Positions 56,797-64,000 of a DNA stretch of 64,000 bases are shown here, piece after piece. This DNA comes from an uncultured Pseudomonadales bacterium (GTDB taxonomy: Bacteria > Pseudomonadota > Gammaproteobacteria > Pseudomonadales > Azotimanducaceae). The notes beneath the pieces were generated by a model that was not told the origin of the DNA, did no database searches, and worked only from the letters and a program-made list of their open reading frames with translations. The DNA lies in contig CAZYYJ010000015.1 in assembly GCA_964651595.1 (NCBI GenBank), positions 12,304 through 76,303 of the forward strand. The letters run 5' to 3'. Position numbers and translations under genes: made by a program. The stretch's first letter is position 1, and the number at the start of each line of letters is the position of its first letter.

Positions 56797-58497
56797 ATGA
56801 ACGCTATCAAGCAAGGGCTGCTGACCGCAGCCACCATCTGGGTTACACACGGTGCTCTGGCGCTGACGCCCGCGGAGCGGGTCGCAGATTTCCGCCTGTT
56901 CGATGATGCGGGCGCCTCGCATCATCTGCACTACTTCACCCACAAACGTGCCGTGGTGCTGCTGGTGCAGGACAGCACCTGCGCCACCGGCAGGGCCCCG
57001 CTGGCGGCGTTGCCCGAGCTGCAGCGCCAGCACGAGAACGTACAGTTCTTTGCCATCAGCCCCACAGACAGCCGTTCCGCCGCGGCTGCTCTGGACGCAG
57101 CCGTGCCCGTGCTGGTGGACGATGCCCAGCTGGTGGGGCGTACGCTCGGCTTGAATCGGGCGGGCGAAGCGCTGGTAGTGGACACAACCGACTGGACGCT
57201 GGCCTACCGCGGCGATGCCGATGCAGGCCTCAAAGCCGCGCTGAACGCCATGGCAGCCGGCGAGAGTATCGAGGTGCCGCAAACCACTGCCCGCGGCTGC
57301 GATATCGTCTACACCGCGCACGACGGCGCACAGATCTCCTATGCGGACACCGTTGCGCCGATCCTCGCCGACAACTGTGTGAGCTGTCACCGCGAAGGCG
57401 GCATTGGCCCCTGGGCCATGACGGGCTATGACATGGTGCGGGGCTTCTCGCTGATGATCCGTGAAGTTCTCATGAACAAGCGGATGCCGCCCTGGCATGC
57501 GGATCCGCAGGTGGGTCATTGGGCCAATGATCGCAGTCTCAGCCGCGAGCAGCTGCAGTCGCTCGTCTCGTGGATCGATGCAGGCGCTCCGAGGGGCGAG
57601 GGCGATGATCCGCTGCAGGGCATTGCCGGACCGCAATCAGTCTGGGGCGCGCTGGGAGAGCCGGATCTGATCATCGACATCCCGCCCACCGACGTGCCCT
57701 CCACCGGCGTGGTCGACTACCAATACAAGTACGTGGCGAACCCACTGGACCGTGACGTGTGGGTACGCGCATCGCAGATTGTGCCGGGCGACCGCACTGT
57801 GCTGCACCATGTGATCACGCGCTTCGGCCAGCGCGTGACGGAAGGCCCCCGCAAGGGCCGTATCTCCAATCGCGGCATTGGTGGCGGGCTGGCCGGATAC
57901 GTCCCCGGCGCCGAAGCACGACCGCTCCCGGCTGATACCGGCACGTTCTTCCCGGCCGGCAGCACCATCGAGTTTCAGATGCACTACACCACCTCGGGGG
58001 TTGCCACCACCGACCACTCCAGGATTGGCATCTACTTCCACGAAGACAAGCCCGCACACGCGTATAAAGGGATGGTGCTCGCCGATCCGCGCATCCGCAT
58101 ACCGGCGCATGCCGCCAACCACGGGGAGACCACCACCCGGGCGTTCAAAAGCGATGCGCTCATCTACAGTTTTCTGCCGCACTCGCACTATCGCGGTAAG
58201 GCTGCCCGCTTCGTGGCCGCGTATCCGGACGGCACCGAAGAGGTGCTGCTGAATGTGCCCAACTACGATTTCAACTGGCAGACCACGTACCGGCTTGCGG
58301 AACCGAAGCTGGTACCGGCCGGCACCAGGATCATCTACACCAACTGGTGGGACAACTCGGCACAGAATCCCGCTAATCCCGACCCGACACGCGAGGTGCC
58401 CTGGGGCCAGCAGTCCTTCGACGAGATGATCTTCGGCGTGGTGAGTTACCGTGAGGTAACCGACGCCGAAGGCGAGCAGCTTGCGGGGGGCGAATGA
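56797..58497 (+). CDS. thioredoxin-like / mono-haem cytochrome c / copper type-II monooxygenase-like fusion protein
   Basis: Signal peptide. CxxCH haem motif (ADNCVSCHREGG). C-terminal region with HxH (LPHSHYRG) and Met (DEMIF) patterns resembling the PHM/DBH CuM site. Confidence 0.65.
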   Translation: MNAIKQGLLTAATIWVTHGALALTPAERVADFRLFDDAGASHHLHYFTHKRAVVLLVQDSTCATGRAPLAALPELQRQHENVQFFAISPTDSRSAAAALDAAVPVLVDDAQLVGRTLGLNRAGEALVVDTTDWTLAYRGDADAGLKAALNAMAAGESIEVPQTTARGCDIVYTAHDGAQISYADTVAPILADNCVSCHREGGIGPWAMTGYDMVRGFSLMIREVLMNKRMPPWHADPQVGHWANDRSLSREQLQSLVSWIDAGAPRGEGDDPLQGIAGPQSVWGALGEPDLIIDIPPTDVPSTGVVDYQYKYVANPLDRDVWVRASQIVPGDRTVLHHVITRFGQRVTEGPRKGRISNRGIGGGLAGYVPGAEARPLPADTGTFFPAGSTIEFQMHYTTSGVATTDHSRIGIYFHEDKPAHAYKGMVLADPRIRIPAHAANHGETTTRAFKSDALIYSFLPHSHYRGKAARFVAAYPDGTEEVLLNVPNYDFNWQTTYRLAEPKLVPAGTRIIYTNWWDNSAQNPANPDPTREVPWGQQSFDEMIFGVVSYREVTDAEGEQLAGGE

Positions 58498-59546
58498 TGC
58501 GCGTGCTGACCAGTGCGTGTGTGCTGCTCCTGGCAGCGTCCGGGGTTGCTGCAGACATTCCTCGCCTGCCAGATGGCAAACCCGATCTGAACGGAACTTA
58601 CGATGTTGCGACGCTGACGCCGTTGCAGCGCCCCGTGGATTTTGGCGACAACCTGTATCTCACGCCGGAAGACGCGGCAAAGCTCGCTGCGGCGGATCGT
58701 GCCCGGGAGGATGCAGATTCCCTGCAGAGCGACCCGGACCGCGAAGCGCCCCCTGAAGGCGGCGATGGCTCTCCGGGCGCGGCGGGAAATGTGGGTGGAT
58801 ACAACGCCTTCTGGATCGACAACGGCGATCAGGCGTTCACGGTGGACGGTAAGTTCCGCACGTCCATCATCACATCCCCCGCAAACGGCCGTTATCCGGC
58901 GCTCACCCCCGCTGGCCGGGCACGCGCGCTGCAGCGGCGCAGTCTCTTTCCCGCCAACACCGGCAGGGCGACCTGGCTGGACGAAGAAGGTCCTGGTCCT
59001 TATGACAACATGGAGATGCGGCCGCTGGCGGAACGTTGCCTGCTGGGTTTTGGACCCGTCGCAGGCCCGCCCATGGTGCCTGCGCTGTACAACAACCTGA
59101 AACGGATCGTGCAGACCGACGAGTACGTGATGATTCTGGCCGAGATGGTGCACGATGCGCGGGTGGTGCGCATGAACGCCACCCATCGTCCGGACAGCTT
59201 ACGCACCTGGCTCGGAGACTCCATCGGCTGGTGGGAAGGCGATACGCTGGTGGTGGAGACCGTCAACTTCAAAGCCCGGCCCGCCCTGTCTCTGGCGGAT
59301 GAGCATCTGAAGGTGACAGAACGGTTTACGCTGACCGAAGAGAATGGCCTGGTGTATGCCTTCACCGTCGACAATCCCACGGTCTGGACCGAGCCCTGGA
59401 GTGGCGACTATCCGTGGCCGCGTACCGACAGCAAGGTGTTCGAGTATGCGTGTCATGAAGGCAACTATGCCCTCGGCAACATCATGCGCGGCGCGCGCCT
59501 GCTCGAGGCAGACCTGGAGAGTGCCGGGGCGGGCGGCGAAGACTGA
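58494..59546 (+). CDS. hypothetical secreted protein
   Basis: Signal peptide MMRVLTSACVLLLAASGVAA. ATGA overlap with the upstream gene, so probably co-functional. Confidence 0.6.
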   Translation: MMRVLTSACVLLLAASGVAADIPRLPDGKPDLNGTYDVATLTPLQRPVDFGDNLYLTPEDAAKLAAADRAREDADSLQSDPDREAPPEGGDGSPGAAGNVGGYNAFWIDNGDQAFTVDGKFRTSIITSPANGRYPALTPAGRARALQRRSLFPANTGRATWLDEEGPGPYDNMEMRPLAERCLLGFGPVAGPPMVPALYNNLKRIVQTDEYVMILAEMVHDARVVRMNATHRPDSLRTWLGDSIGWWEGDTLVVETVNFKARPALSLADEHLKVTERFTLTEENGLVYAFTVDNPTVWTEPWSGDYPWPRTDSKVFEYACHEGNYALGNIMRGARLLEADLESAGAGGED

Positions 59547-59547
59547 G

Positions 59548-60717
59548 CTAGCCCAGAATACCTTCGCGGCGGTAGAGCAGTACCGACAGCCACGCGAGCA
59601 ACGCGGCGTAGACGGTGGTGGCTGCCATGCTGGTGGCAACGTGCAGCGGTAAAACCACTTCGCCTTTGATGATGTCTGTCATCAGGTTCGCCTGCGCCAG
59701 ACTCGGCACCAGCATGTTCACCAGGGTGGTTTCCACGCCGGTGAGTTGCGCGAAGATCAGCGGAATGGTGGGTACCAGAATGACCAGCGTGAGATAGGTC
59801 TGCGCCTCTTTGTAGCTCTTGGCAAAGCTCGCCACCACCGTCAGTAACGCGGCAGCAAAGAGGATCAGGGGCAGGCAGATCAGGAACACGCCGGCAAGCT
59901 GTCCCGGGCCGATCTCCAGCGCCATACCGATGCGTTCGAACGGCACAAAGGGCACCGCAAATGCCAGGCTTACCAGAAAAATCACGAGACTGGCGGCGCC
60001 GAACACGGCCGTCGCGGCGATCTTGCCGAGCACCAGCTGCGCCCGTGATGCCGGTTGTGACAGCAGCGGTTCCAGCGAGCCGTGCTCCCGCTCACCGGCA
60101 GTGGTGTCGATGGCGAGATAGAAACCGCCCATGAAAATCACCATGACCAGGAAGTAGGGCAGCGACGCCAGCACCGTCAATGCGCGGGCCGCGGGCGAGG
60201 CGACGTCTACCTCCTGGGTGTTGATGGGCCGCGAAAGATTCGGGTCCACGCCCCTCAGCTGCAGCCGCAGGTAGCCGATGATGCGACTGTACTGGTTGAT
60301 GTAAGCCCTGAGCTGTCCCAGGTGCCGGCGCGTGGACGAAAGCTGGCTCGAGTCGTGGATCAGCACCAGCGTGTTGAGGTTGCCTTCGCTGTAGCGCGCC
60401 GCGTAGTCGGGGCTGATGACCAGCACCAGCTCATGCTCGCCGTTGCGCACCAGTGCCTGAGGGTCGTCACTTTCCACCGCCTCGATGGTGGCGTTCTGTC
60501 CGCGCAGATAACTCATCAGCTCAGGCGCGTACTGCTCACCGACCACGGTGAACTCTATGGCGTCGTCCGACTCGCCCAGAGCCCGCTCCAGCACGAACAC
60601 CATGATGCCGACGAAGAACACGGGGCCGAGGATGGCCAGAGAAAACGACGACATGATCGTGCGCCGGTCGCGCAGGTTGTCGGTGCACTCTTTTTTGAGA
60701 ACCACTCCGAAGCTCAC
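59548..60717 (-). CDS. ABC-2-type transporter permease
   Basis: 6 TM helices in the C-terminal half with a long N-terminal periplasmic loop. Follows an ABC ATPase gene with a 4-bp overlap. Confidence 0.75.
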   Translation of the reverse strand: MSFGVVLKKECTDNLRDRRTIMSSFSLAILGPVFFVGIMVFVLERALGESDDAIEFTVVGEQYAPELMSYLRGQNATIEAVESDDPQALVRNGEHELVLVISPDYAARYSEGNLNTLVLIHDSSQLSSTRRHLGQLRAYINQYSRIIGYLRLQLRGVDPNLSRPINTQEVDVASPAARALTVLASLPYFLVMVIFMGGFYLAIDTTAGEREHGSLEPLLSQPASRAQLVLGKIAATAVFGAASLVIFLVSLAFAVPFVPFERIGMALEIGPGQLAGVFLICLPLILFAAALLTVVASFAKSYKEAQTYLTLVILVPTIPLIFAQLTGVETTLVNMLVPSLAQANLMTDIIKGEVVLPLHVATSMAATTVYAALLAWLSVLLYRREGILG

Positions 60718-61505
60718 GGGTGATCCTCGCTGTCCATGCCGGTCAACGATATAAATGCATCTTCCAGGTTGTCTGTGCCGGCCCGGGTGCGCAGTTCGTC
60801 CAGCGTGCCGTTGAAGCGCACCTCTCCTGCGCCGATGATGACCACGTCGTCACACAGCGCTTCCACCTCCTGCATGATGTGGCTGGAGAACAGCACACAT
60901 TTGCCGGCCTCTTTGAGCTCGAAAATGATCTCGCGCAGAGCGCGCGTGGCCATGACGTCGAGGCCGTTCGTCGGCTCGTCCAGAATCACGTGCCCCGGGT
61001 TGTGCACCAGGGCTCTGGCCAGCGCAACCTTGATGCGCTGCCCCTGAGAAAAGCCTGCGGTTCGCCGCGTCGCGAACTCGGCCATGCCGAGCTGATTCAC
61101 CAGCGTGTCGATGCGTGCGGCGAGCGCGTCGCCGCTCAGCCCCTGCAGCTGGCCGAAGTAGCGGATGTTCTCGATTGCGGTGAGGCGGCCGTACAGGCCT
61201 GAATCGTGCGGCAGCACGCCGATCTGACGGCGCACCTCCATGGGATCCTCGGCCACGCTCACACCGGCTACCCGAGCGGTGCCGCTGTCGGGTTTGATCA
61301 TGGTGGACAGCACGCGCAGCGTCGTCGATTTACCTGCGCCGTTGGGCCCCAGAAGTGCCGTGATGCGGCTGTCGGCGGCGCTAAAGGAGACCCGTTTCAC
61401 CGCCTGGACCTTCTGAAAGCGCTTGGCGATCTCGCTCACCTCGATCACGGCGGCGGCCCCATGAGATTGACGAAGAACGGGCTGGGCGAGAGGTATTGCG
61501 TACAT
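60714..61505 (-). CDS. ABC transporter ATP-binding protein
   Basis: Walker A GPNGAGKST, signature LSGGQ-like (FSQGQRIKV), Walker B ILDEPT. The true start is probably at the internal GTG (VIEVSEI). Confidence 0.85.
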   Translation of the reverse strand: MYAIPLAQPVLRQSHGAAAVIEVSEIAKRFQKVQAVKRVSFSAADSRITALLGPNGAGKSTTLRVLSTMIKPDSGTARVAGVSVAEDPMEVRRQIGVLPHDSGLYGRLTAIENIRYFGQLQGLSGDALAARIDTLVNQLGMAEFATRRTAGFSQGQRIKVALARALVHNPGHVILDEPTNGLDVMATRALREIIFELKEAGKCVLFSSHIMQEVEALCDDVVIIGAGEVRFNGTLDELRTRAGTDNLEDAFISLTGMDSEDHP

Positions 61506-62929
61506 TCGCTGTCGACCACCTCGGGATCGGCTGCTTCCACGAACTCCAGCGCGAGGCGCGGGATGCAGCCGCGGGCGATCACGCCATGGCCTTGTCCCGG
61601 AGCAACCACGTGCACCGCGCGACTGAGGCCTGCCATGGCGCGCTCCCCCCAGGCAGGCGGGGTGATCGGATCAAACTCCCCGGACAGCACCAGGGTGGGC
61701 ACGGACGAGGTGAACGGTGCTTTGATGTCCTCGTGACGGACCCCTTCCGGCCAGATCGAGCACATGATCTGCATCGTGTCGTAAAGGTCGCGGCCGAGAT
61801 AAGCCCGGTCCATGGCCGCGTAGTCCACAGTGTCGTCGTAAAACGGCGCGTCTTCCGTGCACACCACGGCGTTGTGCATGCCGTAGTTGAGCGCGGTGCT
61901 GAAGTCGTGCACCAGACGCACGGCGTTTGCCGCGATGGGCAGGTACCGCTGCTGATGGGCGGCCTGGGAGACGATCAACGGCACCAGGGCGGTGGTTTCG
62001 GGCGCATACAGGGAGAAGCGCAGCCAGATCGCGAGGTGCGCGTAGCTGAGCTCAATCTCTGTGGGTTCGCCGGTGATGGGATGGGCCAGTGTGAGCGGCG
62101 CCGGGGGTGTGTCTCTGAGCGTGGTGGCCAGCCGGGCAAAGTCGTCACCCAGCGTTGGAAAGGCTTCGGCGCAGCCTGCACTGGCCGCGCACCGGGCGGC
62201 CACGGCGTCAAAGGCGTTCTGGCTGTGCACCGCTATGTCCCGGCCCAGGCGCTGGTCGGTGGGCACCACGCCATCGATCACCAGCGTGCGCGTGCTGGCC
62301 GGATAGCGCCGCGCAAAGTGCTGCGCTACGCGGGTGCCGTAAGACACACCGTACAGGCTCCACTGGTTGTACCCGAGCGTTGCGCGCAGCGATTCCAGAT
62401 CTTCCACCGCGGCGCTGGTGGTGAAAAATCGCGGGTCGTGGGGCAGCGCGTTGAGGCAGTCCCTGGTAATGGTCAGCGTCTCATCGCTGGTGGGCTCGTT
62501 GGCGGTGTCGGTGACGGCGTCGCACGTCATGGGTGCTGAACGACCGGTGCCGCGTTGATCGATGACCACCACGTCCCGTTCCCGCGTGAACATGCGCCAG
62601 ACGCCGGCAAAGTCCACCAGCAGATCGATGGATGATCCACCGGGGCCGCCGTTGATGATCGTCAACGCATCTGCTGCCGGTTCCAGGGCGGTGGATGGCA
62701 GGCGGGCGATGAAAAGCTCGATAGCTTCGCCACCCGGATCGTTGCGATCGAGGGGTTGTCGCCACGTCGCGCATTCAGCGTGCAGGTTGCCGTTGCCGCC
62801 GCTGCCGGCCAGGGAACAGCTCTTGAACGCCGGTGCCGATGCGGCTGCCGGGCCTTCAGCGGCAGTTGCGCCCGCAAGGGGAAACACGGCGATCGTTGCC
62901 GCCAGGAAACGCCGCCACGGCCAGGGCAT
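61445..62929 (-). CDS. secreted alpha/beta-hydrolase (S33 prolyl/tripeptidyl aminopeptidase-like)
   Basis: Signal peptide and nucleophile elbow GVSYG. Confidence 0.8.
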   Translation of the reverse strand: MPWPWRRFLAATIAVFPLAGATAAEGPAAASAPAFKSCSLAGSGGNGNLHAECATWRQPLDRNDPGGEAIELFIARLPSTALEPAADALTIINGGPGGSSIDLLVDFAGVWRMFTRERDVVVIDQRGTGRSAPMTCDAVTDTANEPTSDETLTITRDCLNALPHDPRFFTTSAAVEDLESLRATLGYNQWSLYGVSYGTRVAQHFARRYPASTRTLVIDGVVPTDQRLGRDIAVHSQNAFDAVAARCAASAGCAEAFPTLGDDFARLATTLRDTPPAPLTLAHPITGEPTEIELSYAHLAIWLRFSLYAPETTALVPLIVSQAAHQQRYLPIAANAVRLVHDFSTALNYGMHNAVVCTEDAPFYDDTVDYAAMDRAYLGRDLYDTMQIMCSIWPEGVRHEDIKAPFTSSVPTLVLSGEFDPITPPAWGERAMAGLSRAVHVVAPGQGHGVIARGCIPRLALEFVEAADPEVVDSECTQYLSPSPFFVNLMGPPP

Positions 62930-63975
62930 CAGAACAGCCTTGACGTGCTGTACTCGGTGAGGGCGCGCAGCGCCTCGACGTAGGGGTTGGGGAACAGCCC
63001 GTCCAGGCAGTCGAGCGCAAGTTGCGCTTCGCGGCAGGCCGCCTCGTGGGTGAACGCGAGCGCGCCGCTTGAGCGAACAATGGTCAGAATGTCGTCCAGG
63101 CGTTCTGCGGACTGCTGCTCCACAGCATCCCGTATCACCTGCCGGGAGGGCTCGTCGGCGCAGCGCAGGGCCTGAATGAGCGGCAGGGTGAGCTTGCCCT
63201 CGGCCAGGTCGTCGCCGGCGTTCTTGCCCATGGTGTCGCTGTCCCCGGCGTAGTCGAGCCAGTCGTCCACGAGTTGATAGGTCATGCCGAAGTGTAGCCC
63301 GAAACGTTGCATCTGCCGGGTGTGCTCACTTTCCAGCGCGGTGTTTTCGGCACGGGCCAGCAACGCCGCCGTATGCGTGGCCGCTTCGAACAGCAGTGCT
63401 GTCTTGCTGCGGATCACGTCCCGGTACTGGGCCTCGGTCAGCTGCGCATTGCCGATGTTGGACAACTGCAGCACCTCGCCCTCGGCAATACGGTTGGTGG
63501 CCTCCGACAGCACCGCCATGATGTCCATTTCTCCCACGTCCACCATGAGCTGGAACGCGCGGGAGTACAGGAAATCGCCCACCAGCACGCTTGGGGCGTT
63601 GCCCCAGCGTTCATTGGCAGTGAGCCGGCCGCGGCGCATGCCCGAATGATCGACGACGTCGTCGTGCAGCAGCGTTGCCGTGTGCAGAAACTCGATGATG
63701 GCCGCCAGTTGTACGTGGCGTGCGCCCTGGTAACCCAGAGCCCCGCTGGTCAGCAGCACCATCAGCGGGCGCAGGCGCTTACCGCCGCTTTCCACGATGT
63801 AAGTGCCGATCTCTTCCACCAGAGCGACGTCGGACGTGAGACGGGTGGGGATGAGCTGGTTTACGGCGGCGAAGTCGCTTTCGACCAGGGCGTAAACGGG
63901 CTGCAACGCTTCAATGGAGGCGGCTGCACGGCTGACATGCACGGTGGAATCTTTCTGTCTGGCTGGGTCGGTCAC
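62929..63975 (-). CDS. ispB: polyprenyl-diphosphate synthase (octaprenyl-type)
   Basis: First (LLHDDVVD) and second (GDFLY...DD) Asp-rich FARM/SARM motifs, typical of IspB. Confidence 0.85.
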   Translation of the reverse strand: MTDPARQKDSTVHVSRAAASIEALQPVYALVESDFAAVNQLIPTRLTSDVALVEEIGTYIVESGGKRLRPLMVLLTSGALGYQGARHVQLAAIIEFLHTATLLHDDVVDHSGMRRGRLTANERWGNAPSVLVGDFLYSRAFQLMVDVGEMDIMAVLSEATNRIAEGEVLQLSNIGNAQLTEAQYRDVIRSKTALLFEAATHTAALLARAENTALESEHTRQMQRFGLHFGMTYQLVDDWLDYAGDSDTMGKNAGDDLAEGKLTLPLIQALRCADEPSRQVIRDAVEQQSAERLDDILTIVRSSGALAFTHEAACREAQLALDCLDGLFPNPYVEALRALTEYSTSRLF

Positions 63976-64000
63976 GGCAGCGGCCTATGGTACCAGGCCT

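Noticed and set aside
1-64000. CRISPR arrays or IS elements
   Set aside because: No regularly spaced short direct repeats, no transposase-like ORFs and no terminal inverted repeats seen on either strand.

Overview
The window is a high-GC (~65%) proteobacterial chromosome segment, mostly catabolic and redox housekeeping genes, interrupted by a lower-GC island of about 10.4 kb.

Core genome: SDR and MDR oxidoreductases, crotonases, an acyl-CoA desaturase, two paralogous MFS transporters, a Rieske oxygenase, a TonB-dependent receptor, a TauD-family dioxygenase, a molybdopterin oxidoreductase pair, a hybrid sensor kinase, two TetR regulators and one AraC regulator, an ABC transporter, and ispB.

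The island (25594..36018) sits at the 3' end of a tRNA-Pro(CGG) gene and is bounded by a perfect 50-bp direct repeat of that 3' end. No integrase is recognisable. Its cargo is an RNA-repair/RNA-end-processing module:
- rtcR (CARF plus sigma-54 activator), divergent from a sigma-54 promoter
- rtcB RNA ligase and rtcA RNA 3'-phosphate cyclase
- a tRNA-like non-coding element (anticodon UAG, 1-72 mismatch, no CCA), reminiscent of YrlA/Y-RNA tRNA mimics
- an SPFH/band-7 protein
- a stand-alone T4-Pnkp-like HAD 3'-phosphatase, translationally coupled to a Pol-beta-type nucleotidyltransferase
- an 832-aa PD-(D/E)xK nuclease / P-loop NTPase fusion
This looks like a mobile, possibly undescribed RNA repair/defence system.

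A second notable item is an AhpD/CMD-family ORF (13546..14628) with an in-frame TGA exactly at the second Cys of the catalytic CxxC motif, followed by a hairpin. This is a candidate selenoprotein with a SECIS element.

Other items: a merP-like / outer-membrane / merT-like operon with no merA or merR; a thioredoxin-like / cytochrome c / copper-monooxygenase-like fusion protein; and twin palindromic TetR operators.
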